This document shows positions 27,689-40,246 of a stretch of 64,000 bases of DNA, piece by piece. The notes beneath the pieces are model-generated. The model worked only from the letters and a program-made list of their open reading frames with translations, ran no database searches and was not told the DNA's origin. Every line of letters begins with the position of its first letter. Positions within the stretch are counted from its first letter, which is position 1. A program made the position numbers and the translations under genes. Source of the DNA: Octopus vulgaris. Its lineage: Eukaryota. The stretch spans positions 60,326,001 to 60,390,000 of the forward strand of contig OX597814.1 in NCBI GenBank assembly GCA_951406725.2, read 5' to 3'.

Positions 27689-27908
27689 GAACATATAAGG
27701 AAAATGAATAAAATTAATTAGGAACCATTCTTCCTTTTCTCGAGGGCATTAATTGCAATTTTTAATATATATATATTTGATTGTACTTTTATTTTGTACG
27801 TGAAGTGAGACTGAAACCATCACGCCGATTGGTTGCCTTCGATTTGTTTATATATATATATATGCGTGTTCGTGCCTAGTGAGTGTGTATTTATTATTAA
27901 GATGGCGA

Positions 27909-28332
27909 AGGCGGTGAGCTGGTAGAATCGTTAACACTGTGGGCAAAATGCCTAGCGGCAATTCGTCCGTCTTTAGGTTCTGAGTTCAAATTCCGCTGAG
28001 GTCGACTTCGCCTTTCATCCTTTCGGGGGTCGATAAATTAAGTACCAGTGAAACACAGGGTCAATATAATCAACTACCCAACTCCCTCAAATTTCAGGTT
28101 TTGTGCCTATTGTAGAAAGGCTTATCAAGATGGTGAGCTGGCAGAATAGTTAGCACGCTGAGCAAACGGCTTAATTGCATTTCATTATGTTCCGAGTTCA
28201 AATTCCGTCGGCCTTGAGTTTGCCTTTCATCCTTTCGGGTTCGAAAGAATAAGTACTAGTTGAATACTGGAGCCGATTTAATTGACTTAGTCCCTCTCCC
28301 AAACCTTCTGGCCTTGTGCCAAAATTTGAAAT
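27909..28332 (+). mobile_element. Two head-to-tail SINE B copies with different tails
   Basis: The first ends gtgcctattgtagaaagg and the second ends gtgccaaaatttgaaatc. Confidence 0.88.
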
Positions 28333-28571
28333 CATTATTATAATTTTTAAGGCGGCGAGACTTATCTATTTTTATTTTTATCTTAGATCTAAATGAGCTC
28401 ATAAGAGTACGGTTCTGTTAAGATGACTACTTTACTGTAAATCTTCATTACTGGACTCGGAGAAATATTTAGCTCAGTATACGAACTGCGTATAAATGAC
28501 ATGTAATAGGAAAATAAAGAACTTACAACGACCAAAAAGATACCCGAAAATGTCGTGTCTGTCTAAGAATT

Positions 28572-28801
28572 TATTCTTTTATTCATTTATTTCAGTCGTT
28601 TGACTGCAGCCATGCTGGAGCACCGACTAGAAGAGTTTTAATCGAACAGTCGACCCCCAGAGCTTATTTTGTAAGCCTAGGACTTATTCTATCAGTCTCT
28701 TTTGACGAACCGCTAGGTTACCGGGACATAAACACACCAACACCGGTCGCCAAGCGGTGATAGAGCAACAAACACGCATAAAAACACTCACACGCACGCA
28801 T

Positions 28802-28891
<90 letters not shown>

Positions 28892-29021
28892 GTGACGGGC
28901 TTCTTTCACTTACCGTCTACTAAATCCATTCACATGACTTTGGTCGGCCCGAGGCTCTAGTAGAAAACACTTGACCAAAGTGCCGCGCAGAGGGACTGAA
29001 CCCGCACAGCCACGACTGCGC
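28572..29021 (-). mobile_element. SINE family A with internal (GATA)n
   Basis: Colinear with 385-757; (GATA)n at 28802-28890. Confidence 0.85.
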
Positions 29022-29114
29022 CTTAACAAGTTCTTTGTGGAAGAAGTTGTTAAGAAATGCCAAGTTACTGCTTTGGCCATATAGCTTCAACTGAGCAATA
29101 TCTATTAAAAATAG

Positions 29115-29119
<5 letters not shown>

Positions 29120-29145
<26 letters not shown>

Positions 29146-30888
29146 TGTATGTGTGTATGTAAGTATGTATGTATGTGTATTCGTATGTTTTACTTTATGT
29201 ATGTATTCTCATGCATATAGTTGCATATCAAGACATGCTCATATATATTTAAATGATAAACTTCTGGAAAGTTTTACAGATTTTTACAATTCTAGAGATG
29301 GATTGGATTTATAGTCTTCGAATTAGCTTTCTCCCTTCTGGTTTTGAGAAACCTGATTTCTCAAGATTGGTATATAGGCAATGTGTTACATATCCCAGGG
29401 TGCCAATAATTACAGGTATAAACCTGAACTTGTAATCAGGATTGAGTAACTGCAGATTTCTCAATAGTTCAGCGTAAGTATTCTCTTTTTTTACTGATCT
29501 TCAGCTTTACGTTAACATCCGCTGGGCAGCTATTTTCCACAACTGTTCACAGTTTCTCTTCTCTACCCAAATCTTTATATATGGTCTGTTGTGCTTACAT
29601 TTTATCGAGGTCTTCATTGGTACATTCCATCAGTATTCCTTTTCATTATGAGTGACTATGGCTTCTATCCTACGGTGGATTTTTATTTCTTTGTCTTCGG
29701 GGATATCCTTCCGACGGATTTCATTATAGAGTGTCCTAGCTACAACAACATGTCTCATCAGAAGATAATACCGTGATGACATTTTCGGGCAACTGCTTAT
29801 GATTTCGGTGATATCTTCGGTGTTAACTCCACAAAGTCTGCATCGGTTGTCACATTTTACTGCTTTTCCTGCATTTCTATCCTTTTTGTGCATCAGGTAC
29901 TTGGTTGATATTTCCTGTTCCTGGATCGCAAACGCATACTCTTCAAAATGGGAGATAGTAATCCGGCTTTTGGTCCATGATAAATTGCTTTGATGATCGA
30001 TGTTACTATCATCTCGGAGCTTTATACTAACATATCCATGCATAGTTTTCTGCTTATACAAACTCATGCTTTCATCTGACGATACGTTGCGGTAGAGTCG
30101 TGTATTCGGCATGTATTCAGACAAAGAATGTTGCTCAAGGAGCTGTCTTCCAAGTCTTATGATGTTATCAGCCTCATGTATGCAAACTTGGTCAAGGTAT
30201 GCACTTCGATACTGGGTGGTTAAAAGATATTGCCGAAGGGATATGATGCGACATTCAAAGACATTTTGGATCGATGTTAAGACTCTGCCACTTTGTTTCC
30301 TGTTTAGGTAGAGACGGTCTACATCACTGTTTATGCGGAAATTATGTGTTTGTTAGTATTTTTCGGGTTTTCACATCAATGGCTCGGATCTCATCAAGCA
30401 TCCAATCAAGCAGCACAAATATTGGTATGAGTACTGACACTGCAAACATTGTAGGCCACTGTTACAGGAGCCATTGTAAGATATGTTTTCATCCACCCCT
30501 AGATATCTGTAACATTCCTCGTCAGATATAGGGAAAACAGTCAAATCATTGATGGAGATGTTACTAGTCTAGTTTATAGTTTTCTCCCTTTTCAGAAACA
30601 TATAACAACATTTATCATGACCAAACTCCAACCCTACATCCTTTGAGAATGTTGTAACTAGGTCAAGGCACTTTTTTATCTCATGCAAAAAATTTTAAGT
30701 CATCCACAAAGAAACAGTGAGTAATTTTGGTATTTCTGTTTACTTGTGAACCAGTGAAGTATCTTTCATATTTACTTCTTTAACATGAGTGACTAGGGAT
30801 TTACAGAAAGTATAAACAACATCGAAGAAAGGGTGTCCTCTTGGAATATACCTTTGCGATGCTGTATTCTATCAGTGATAATACAGTC
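29120..30888 (-). mobile_element. R4/Dong-like (restriction-like endonuclease) LINE, 5'-truncated
   Basis: RT remnants [14 protein letters not shown] and THCFFVDDLK; zinc finger CRLCGVNTEDITEIISSC..RH; ends KICKTFQKFII* then a short UTR and (TACA)n. Confidence 0.88.
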
Positions 30889-30919
30889 ACTATATATATA
30901 TATGTATGTATATATATAT

Positions 30920-31018
<99 letters not shown>

Positions 31019-31396
31019 TGGTCTTGGGCCAACAGGTTTTGGGATCTGATGATACACCATAATATTAAACACCTTATGGACGGGAAACTTAAGGTAATCC
31101 AATAAACCGGCCTACCCCATTTTTAATACATACTTCTCTGTGTCGTAGAGTGTGCTTTTTCTTTCGGAAGTTACTTTTTTACCATCAGTCGTTCAGCAGC
31201 TGGTAGACTAAGCCATCTTTACTTTTGAAATATTCACTGCTTGAATAATTCTTGAAATATGAAATGAAAATTTGAAGAAAACTATTATGTTCTTTTGCTT
31301 TAAAACCTGTTTGAACGATATGGGAAAAAACGGCTACTTCAGAATCACGTTTCTGATTTCATTGGCGATCATGGTAATATTATAAACGTCTTAAAG

Positions 31397-31608
31397 GCGG
31401 CGAGGTGGTAGAATCGTTAGCACGCCGGGAAAAATGCTTAACGGCATTTCTTACGTCATTACGTTCTGAGTTCAAATTCTGTCGAGGTCGACTTTGCCTT
31501 TCATCCTTTCGGGGTCGCTGAAATAAGTACCAGCCGGACACTGGAGTCGATATAATCGACTTATGTCCTCCCCCGAAATTACTGGCCCAGTGCCAAAATT
31601 TGAAACCA
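31397..31608 (+). mobile_element. SINE family B (tail gtgccaaaatttgaaacc)
   Basis: Full head ggcggcgagg..; TSD aatattataaacgtcttaaa / aatattataaatgcttaaa. Confidence 0.9.
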
Positions 31609-32271
31609 ATATTATAAATGCTTAAATTTCATAAGAGTGAAGCCACTCTAATTACTTTTCTCATAAAATTGTATTAAGTAATGTTTTAAATTAATACATT
31701 TATTTAATGTTTTCAAAACAATAAATGCGTACGTGCGTGCGTGTTCATTTTTCATGCTCCTTGCAAATGCATACATATACGCGTATGCATATATAGATAT
31801 ACTCACGCACCAACATGTATTAAAACATCTCAATAAAACACACTAATTAAACATTTCGAAAACATAATGTTATCACTATATGTTTTAAAATGTGTGGAGT
31901 GTATCAATGTGTGCGTATGTGTACATGTATGCATGCATATATAATTATGTGTCTATATGCGTGTATGTGTGTGCATATGAATACATATATGTACGTGTTT
32001 ATGTGTGTGTGTGTGTCTGTATGTGTGTTTGTGTGTGTATACATACATACATATATACATACATACATACATACATACATACATACATACATACATACAT
32101 ACATACATACATACATACATACTTCCGCACGAGCGCATGCAAAATGAACACGCACATAGACAATCATTGCTTTTAGAAACATTAATTAAATGTATTAATT
32201 AAAAGTATTCCTTTAAAACAATTAACAACAACGCAAATTCATGAGTTGAAGTTTAAGACGTTTATAAATAT

Positions 32272-32451
32272 TCCTTTCTGCTAAAGGCACAAGGCCTGAA
32301 ATTTTGCGTGTCTCACTGATACTTAATTTATTAACACCGAAAGAATGAAAGGCACAGTCGACCTCGGCAAAATTTGAACCCAGATTGTGAAGACAGACGA
32401 AACAACGCTAAGCATTCTGTCTGGTGTGCTAACGATTCTGATAGCTTGCCG
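32272..32451 (-). mobile_element. SINE family B (tail gtgcctttagcagaaagg)
   Basis: Minus-strand TSD aatattataaac / aatatttataaac. Confidence 0.85.
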
Positions 32452-32859
32452 TTTATAATATTACCACAAGAACCAGCAATGAAATCAGACATGAACTTGA
32501 AGCAGACATTTTTTGCACACATTGCTCACAAATATTTTTAAACAGACGTACATTAGGGTTGTATTCAAATTTTCATTTCATATTTCAAAAATTATTCATG
32601 CAGTGAATATTTTCAAAGAAAAGTAGGCTCGGTTTACGAGCTACTGATCAGAAACAAGTAACTCTGCGTACCGGTAACTGGAGTATTTCAGTTATAATGT
32701 ATTAAATAATCCTCTACATTTGCACTGAGTCCCGTAAATTATCACTTCTGGGGAATCAAGAGAGAATTATACATGTGTGTGTGTGTATGTGTGTTTGTGC
32801 GTGTGTGTGTGAGTGTGTGTGTGTGCGTCCGTGTGTGTGTGTATGTGTGTGTGTGTATT

Positions 32860-33246
32860 TAAGGAAAATAAGTCAAGGTAGAAAATGCTAAAATAATTTT
32901 ATCATGAAGAACATTTTAGTGCGGATTTCAGTCAATGCGACTGTTTCAACTTAGAGTAAAGTATGAAAAACTATTAAATTGTGGAAAAATTAAATGAAAT
33001 GTTTTTTTTTTAAATATATATAATTACATAGTTTTCAAATGCAAGGGACATGTTCCTTTTTTTCTACTTGTCTCTGTCTCTCGTTTTTACTCTTGTGGGT
33101 CGTAGGTAGTTATCAGCAGCTAGTCTGATATGAATTCTTGTCTTTGATTGTTTAAGCAGCAGTAGTAGTAGAGAAAGGAGGCGGCGGAGAAGAAGAAGAA
33201 GAAGAAGAAGAAGAAGAAGAAGAAGAAGAAGAAGAATAGGAAGAAG

Positions 33247-33275
<29 letters not shown>
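32860..33275 (-). mobile_element. Repeat family E, second copy, with degenerate variant hammerhead at 32915-32953
   Basis: The minus strand reads taag TTGAAAC agtc-gcatt-gact GAAA tccgc; preceded by (CTT)n as in 24940-25330. Confidence 0.7.
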
Positions 33276-33277
<2 letters not shown>

Positions 33278-33299
33278 GGTATGACAGTAGCAGGATGTT

Positions 33300-34400
33300 G
33301 ATGGAATCTACTTAAATGATCAAGTGACCTGAAAGTGACTCGTTGTGGATGATAGTAGTGGTAAATTCTTGAGGTGACTGTTTTGAATATATCGTTTTTA
33401 ATATTTGCGTGGGTGTTATTCGAAGGCCCTGGTAACATGGTTGTGGATGCATTCAAAAGAGGTTGGTATTTTGTGATAAAGAATGACTCTTTACTAATAC
33501 GCTGACTGCATGTTGTAGCTCATGTAGTCCTGTGTCCCTGGTGCTTGCAGTGTCTATCCTGCGGGTAGTGATTTTTCATTTCTCTGTTTGAAGTTGTAGT
33601 ACTCCCGATGTTGTATCGCTGGTGAGTTACAAAGTTAGAGTTAGGTCTTGTATTCTTTTATGGTAGGGGTGAGGGTTCTGTTTTTTAGATAAATGTGAAT
33701 CTGTGTCTGGGTGTTGTTTTCAGGAAAGGGTTGTTGGAAGCGTACTCTGTTTGAAAGATGGTTTCATAGTTTGAGAACCAAGTGACGCTTTTCTCCAGTT
33801 TTGGAGAGATTTCAGTTCTTCTTTTTCACAGTCCTCTTTCCATAGTTTGAAGATATTCTCTAGGTCGGGGCCTTGGGTCATTTTGCTAATTTCTTGGTTG
33901 ATCTCTTCATCGATGGATTTTACTTTATCTTCATTCATCTGAGCCCTCAATTTTAGAAGTTATATTTCCATCTTCAGTTTTTCCAGTGCCATTCTTTCCC
34001 TGGGGCATCTTTGTGCTTCAGGTTCATCTGCAATGGGTTTGATCTGGAGTTTGCGTAAGAGAATTAATGGTGTCCTATTGAGCCATTTTTCGTATATATC
34101 CGCTTTGTTGTTGTTTTAGATCATCTTCCAAAAAGCGAACTTTCTATCTCTTAGTGATTTATTCCATTGTGGTACTATGTGATGTTTCATTTCGTATGTT
34201 ATTAGGGTATTGATCCCATATGCTGCCTCGTTTGGAGGTCCTTTGTTCGCGTTGTTTGAGAAAAACGTTCTAATTGTTTCGCATGAGTTTCCAAGGTTTT
34301 CGACGATTTCAGAGGTTGTATTCTTCGTATCGAATTCCTCATTGTTCTTCCGATTGGATTCATGTGTCAAGTTGAATTTCTTCAAAAGCGTTAACAGATT
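33300..34400 (-). pseudogene. Decayed ~350-codon ORF (helical/coiled-coil then N/H/P-rich), probably the N-terminal region of a retroelement
   Basis: ORFs 34116-34544 and 33720-33950 join through stops and frameshifts: WNKSLRDRKFAFWKMI*NNNKADIYEKW..RKLQIKPIADEPE..LRAQMNEDKVKSIDEEI. Lies just downstream of a hammerhead. Confidence 0.5.
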
Positions 34401-34538
34401 TGTGTCGATTTTCTTGTATATATACTTGCATATATGGGTACAAGACATCAAAAAAGAACGTTGAACACAATGAGAAACGAAAACATAAAAACAAAAACAT
34501 ATATATATATTTGTATACATCGGAGGAAGGGAAAATGG

Positions 34539-34646
34539 AATCATTACAATCGTTTCGTACCATCGTGCGTCGGTCGATCGATGGTGAAATTCTGTACAAA
34601 TAGTTATGCTGCATTATACGATGCAGATGTGCATCGTCAGATGACT
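34539..34646 (-). ncRNA. Type I hammerhead with long stem II
   Basis: agucau CUGACGA ..cauc...gaug.. GAAA cgauug UA augauu; 6-bp stem I, with a degenerate stem II base. Confidence 0.6.
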
Positions 34647-34720
34647 TCGCAAAAGATATGTTGTTCTTTAGTCTCTTATATAATCGAAACAGCGATTTAA
34701 GAACGAGACACCTTTTGACG

Positions 34721-34828
34721 AATCACTTGACGAAGTATATCTGCACCAAGTGATGCACCACGACTATTTGTACAGAATCTTACTCGCGACAGACCGATGC
34801 AGCATGGGTCGAAACGATCGTGGTGATT
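34721..34828 (+). ncRNA. Inverted paralogous hammerhead, probably inactive
   Basis: aaucac UUGACGA ... GAAA cgaucg UG gugauu; perfect stem I and palindromic stem III, but C3>U and a GUG cleavage site. Confidence 0.55.
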
Positions 34829-35329
34829 AATAAATAATCTCGTGCATTTCATTTTCCCTTTCTCAACAGTCACGAAGGAACTCCCCGAAGTAAATCCAGT
34901 GACACTTATATCCAAACTGTTCATGACATCAGATAGCCGAATACAGTAGGCGTGCTTTAAACGGTATACTGCTAGGTCCTTACCCAAATGTAAAATTATT
35001 ACTTCTATAGGTGTGCGCGTGTGTATGAGCGAAATTGCGATAAACAAATCTATATCAATATCAGTTGCTCCTGTATACGTTTCACCATTGTGGATGCTTG
35101 GAATATTGGATGTTCCAGAGCAATAAAATGCTGAAACCACAATGGATCATCGGGAAACACTTTTATTGCATTATGTTACAGAGAAATCAAGGCAGATTTA
35201 ATTTGCTCTGCATATCAAAACTAGTATACTTAGTAGTAGCTTAACCACTGGATGACGATAATATACGTAGATCTCTAAACTGAACAGTTGCGTTCGTGCA
35301 ATTATTTGTGCTTGCTTGTGACAACCCAT

Positions 35330-35900
35330 TAAAGGTGATAACAGCATCGATCCAAGACATTCATCCTCCTCTACCTCCAGCATATTGTTGCTCATGTAAC
35401 TAGGCGTGGCTGACAAGACGAAATAGGTAGATCCTGTGGCTCTGAGGGCATCGGAAGTGAGGTGGGGTGATGATGTCTCCTCCTCTTTTTGTATAGTCCC
35501 CTACATTCAGTTTCAAAGTGCTCTACTCCGGCATTACACACGGACCTTCTTGATTTCCGATTAAGAGCCATTAAGTCCAACCAATTGGGTTGGGACACCG
35601 CATAAAATGAGAGACCGCTTGAGATGATCATGAAAACGAGGTTTTGGTGGGGCTATTTCCAATCTCGATTTTGCTGAAGACGGCCATCTTTGGGGGCCGG
35701 TTGCCCGGCATCCGATTCACATGGCCAACCCGGCAGAGAAGAGGACGGAGGATGCAGGCTTCAGTGCTAAGATCCCAGCATCAGGAAGATTTGGGTATGA
35801 GGCACTTTATCCTTCCACGTGAGACCGAAGATACTTTGGAATGTTCTGAAATGGAACGCTTCCAGTTGTCTGATCTGGCGCCATTAAAGGGTCTATAGCA
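35330..35900 (-). mobile_element. RTE-clade LINE 3' fragment
   Basis: RQIRQLEAFHFRTFQSIFGLTWKDKVPH..VGHVNRMPGNRPPK..PRFHDHLKRSL. Confidence 0.85.
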
Positions 35901-36854
35901 TTCAAACCCTTAAAGAAGGGATGGATAAAAACACAGCTCGATAAAAGGAGATTTCTGTACTTGCTCTAAGACTCATTTGTACAATCTCACGTATTACATA
36001 TATGAACCACATACAATCAAAGCGCTCACTCAAATATGGTTTCTGAGAAGGGAGTGAAACTATAACATTATTTTCTTATTTGGATATTTCTCTGATACTA
36101 TCATTTTGAGTCTGAAAATAATTTGGAAATTTAGAATAAAAAAATTACTCATGTACTCTAAGAAACGATAACACTGTGTAATTATAACACCGTATAACAA
36201 AATTTTTATTTATTTATTTATTTATTGTCTTTTCTCAGTAAGTGTTATTTCCTATTTGTTTCTGTCTAGAAACCACAGAGAGTGACTAATATCCCTTCAG
36301 GAGTATTGATACACAGACAACTCGATAAACGGGGATCTTTATACTTGCTCTAATGTTCTTGTTATAAAAGTCTCGTTCGCCAAGTCAATCACTCTATATA
36401 CAGTTGTCATGTTTGAGAACTAGTGCGCGCCTAGTTACCATGAATTTAAAACTAATATAATCAACATCATTTTGAAAACCAGATAATACCAGCACTTAAA
36501 TTCTCTACAAAAAGTATGACATTTCTAAAGATAAAGAACGTCGAACATCTTACCTCTTTACATGGATTAAATACCCAACAAATATTTGAACAAATATTTG
36601 CTGATTCATTATATGAGACATAATTGATTATCTGCAGAATTTTTTCTATAATTTTGCAACTGTGTTGCAAATATTTGATGTCAATTACAGTCATTTAAGT
36701 TTTGCAATAAAATAATACTACCATAGTAGGCTGTATCTAGCTGCTAAAATTGCTCTTAAAATTTATACGATTTTATTTTATTTATTTATTTATTTATTTA
36801 TTTTTTCGATACTCGAACATGTATTGAATGTTAAAGAATTTCTACGGAGAACAG

Positions 36855-37052
36855 ATGGTCAGAAACGGTAGAATATCAAACAAAAGGCACTTTGATATTT
36901 AGTTATGGCTGTCTATATTTTGAGCTAAAATTCTGCTAGGGTCGGCTTTGCTTTTCATCTTTCCTGAGTCGATCTAATAAAGTAACAGTCAAGTAATATG
37001 ATCGATTTAATCAATTATACTTCCCACAAATGTGAGACCGTGTCTCTATGTA
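36855..37052 (+). mobile_element. SINE family B, highly degenerate
   Basis: tgagctaaaattctgctagggtcggctttgcttttcatcttt..gtcgat..aagtaacagt. Confidence 0.65.
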
Positions 37053-38082
37053 AAAAAATCAATATAGAATTTTCTGGAAAAAAATTAAAGAACATCATAA
37101 TGCTCGTCTAGTGTTATGTAATCTTTTCATCTTCCTGTCAACCTATAATATTTATCATCCTTTAAACTTTTAAATTCATTTAATCTAAGTGTCATTATGC
37201 ACTTCCTCAACTTTCCAGATTCTTTTAAACGAAAATAAGTAAAAAGTGGAAGACAATAAAACTCTCTAATGTTTTATTAACATGTAAACAAAGTCAGCTC
37301 AGTCGCATTGCATCATGAACATAGAATGTGTTTACTATATCTGTCTCTCATACTTATTTTCAATTAATTTGAGTTTAAATTAATTAAAAACTCGGGAATC
37401 TTAACATATCGATGTAATAGATTAATCACGTTTAAAAAGTACAAAGGCATTTCATTTTTCAAACATTTCATTGTTTATTGTAAGATGTGGCGCCTGTTAT
37501 TCCGGTTTCTCTACTTGATTTTTCTAGCATGATATATAAATATAAACATACATACGTGTATGTACATGAGTGTCTGTGTGTGTGTGTGTGTGGTGTGTGT
37601 TATCCTTAGGAAAAGTTGAAAATGACTTACAAGTTTCCGTTTACCAGCAATCATCAGTTATTGACGGCTGATCAGTTGAAACTTTGAGATCACAGTGAAC
37701 CTCTACCTTGTAAAAATTAATAAATACATGTTCTACTAAACAGTATTGAGTGATTCATCAGCTTAATGTCAAATTACTTTCATATGTAGCATCAGACAAA
37801 AGAACAAACATTCATATACACACACATACACACACACATATATATAATGCACACGTATACGTTCATATTAAATATAAATAGAAAGAAATAAGCACCCATT
37901 ATTTCTGACACATTTAAAAATAAATATGAATGGTACAACACTCATTTTTTTGGTCTCGTAAAGTTTATAAAAAAATCTCTGATCTTGAAGATCACACGGC
38001 ACAATCAATGTTTGTTCTTTGCACTTACACTTACACACACGCGCACACACGTACGCACACACACAAACGCATATGCTTATAG

Positions 38083-38132
<50 letters not shown>

Positions 38133-39311
38133 ATATACACATACATATATATGTATATGTGTACATATATATTAAGCAGATAGAGAGGAATATAGTTTGG
38201 AGGAGATATATTTGAAATATTTATTACATATAATTCTATTTGCTTCTTCGAAACTTTATTGCAGACTGGGTTCGGGAAAAAAATAGTTAAAAGTCTAGCG
38301 TTGAACATCATTCATCAATATAAACTGTTTAAATAAGATATTAGACATCTACGGGGTTGCAGCTTCTCAACGATTTCTCTGCATCGATAAACAATATGTA
38401 AGTTTGTGTTAACATACTTCATGCAAAGGGTATTCAAAAAGTTCTAACCAAAAATAAGAATGGCGAGGTAAAAAAAAAAAAAGCAAAAACATGATATCAT
38501 TCAATGACTAATATTATTTTCTATTTTCCCGCAAGTGCGGGAGACATCGATAAACTTGTGTTCACTATTGTAGTTTCTCAATAAAAATACCACTTAATCA
38601 TTTCACCAGCTATTTCAATAATAATCACTTTAGGCCTGCTACTATTCACGTACTTTTTAAGAAGTTTTTGTTTTCATGTTTTGTATTTACTTCTGTTTTT
38701 GTTTTCGTTGCTTTGTTTATTTTTACTTTTACTTTATATTTTTATTCTTATCTGTTCATTTATATCTATATTTCTTTATTTTCATTTTTATTTATATTTC
38801 TTTATTTGTTTCTATTTTTTCTTGTTTTGTTTCATTTTATATTTTTATTTTTTATTTATATAAATTATTTATTTTGTTAGTTACGAAGAACAAAAATGAT
38901 TGACAACTTCCTAATGTATTACTGAAATATTTTATTGACTCTAGAGGAATGAAAGTTAAGGTCGAAATCTTATATAAGTCACTGAACTAGATTTATAAAA
39001 AAAGAACGTCTTCTTAGACTGTCTGTAAATTCTGTCAAATTTATCCGTCTGTATGTTCTAAACATAATAAATATAGCTCTCAATGGTACAGTTTGTAAAA
39101 TCGCTGCCGATGGTATTTAAATGGTTCAAATCGCGAATAGGTAAATAGTCATATTACAGTATTAGTTATCCATTCTTCCATCTCCGCCCACTATTCCTGA
39201 GAGGGTTGCAGGGATAGAATCCTCAGGCAACTCTTCCATAGGATCCTATCCGAAGCAGCCTTCATTAGACTTTCCGGTTGGATTCACAAGTGGGATCAGC
39301 AGAGACTATGA

Positions 39312-39562
39312 AGGTAAAGCTACCTTCTTGAGTGATACCGACTCAAAAGAGCCGGTTTTCTGGTTTCATGGCGTATAAATTCCCCACCTAGACGGAATAC
39401 CGGTCCGTCGCAGGATTACTCATTTTTGCCAGCTGAGTGGACTGGAGCAACGTGAAACGAAATGTTTTGTTCAAGAACTCAATGCGTTGCCCGGTTCATG
39501 AATCGACAATACAATCTTAAGATCATGAGTCCAACACCCTAACCACTAAACCATGCGCCCCC
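39312..39562 (-). mobile_element. SINE with family-C-like head/core and a different tail, inserted in an RTE 3' end
   Basis: The minus strand reads ggcgcatggtttagtggttagg..ctccagtccactcagc (core shared with 56500-56785), then cctgcgacggaccgg..ctttacc. Confidence 0.75.
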
Positions 39563-39569
39563 AGAACGG

Positions 39570-40050
39570 TGATTGTGGCTATTATCTAACCATCTCGTTC
39601 TTGTTCTACTCCTTAGTCTTTTGCCGGTTGACTTGGCTTGAAGAATCCGTCTTGTGATTCTTTCCTGCAACATTCCAATTACATGTCTGTAGTACCAGGG
39701 CTGTGACTCACAATGCGGAGAAATAGAAGCTCGATCTCGAAAGACTCCTTGGTCTTCCAGTTATGCCCCTTGTCAAGTGATATTGCGTCGGGGATCCTTC
39801 CGACGAAATCCCATTTTGCGATCCTCCTCTTTCGGTCATTACCCAACATGCATGACCAAAGACGAGAAAAGGCACAAAAACCGAATATTGAAGATAGCGA
39901 GTTTGGAATTATTATCAACCTCTCCTCTTCTGATGATCGAGTACTGCAGCAACTGCAATTCTAGCACCCGGTTCTGTCTCCTGCCTTCCAATACTCGTGA
40001 ATACGACCCCGAAATACATAAACTTCTCCACTATTAGTTATCCTAAACGC
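39570..40050 (-). mobile_element. RTE-clade LINE 3' fragment
   Basis: SQPWYYRHVIGMLQERITRRILQAKSTGKRLRSRTRTRWLD. Confidence 0.85.
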
Positions 40051-40207
40051 CAAGTGACACAGCTCAGGTCATGCTGTAATCGCCAAGTAGATGATTGCAT
40101 TGCTTCCTGATTACGCTACCGGACATCTGCCAAGCGATGAAAGGACGAAGTCAGGTGTACGAACAACAAGCAAGTATATTAGTTTGACGCTCGGGAAAAA
40201 GGAAAAC

Positions 40208-40246
40208 GTCTTTTACATTTCGAGCCTACGCTCTTCAACAGAAATG
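40208..40246 (-). ncRNA. Degenerate minimal hammerhead-like motif
   Basis: uuu CUGUUGA a gagc-guag-gcuc GAAA ug UA aaa; the core has A6>U. Confidence 0.4.

Larger units (their letters stand above)
31190..32650. repeat. Large diverged fold-back (arms ~31190-31765 and ~32120-32650) around a microsatellite spacer
   Basis: aatattcactgc.tgaataatt.ttgaaatatgaaatgaaaatttgaa, tctgatttcattg, ggtaatattataaacg and aattaatacattta each occur reverse-complemented in the other arm. Confidence 0.9.

Noticed and set aside
35920-36355. ~70-bp direct repeat pair (ctcgataaa..tacttgctctaa)
   Set aside because: Short and diverged, with no interpretable structure.
36467-36694. Non-repetitive 75-aa ORF (host exon or hAT relic)
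   Set aside because: No clear motif or splice context.
37620-37765. Two minus-strand CTGATGA motifs, one followed by GAAAcuugUA
   Set aside because: Stems I and II do not pair convincingly.
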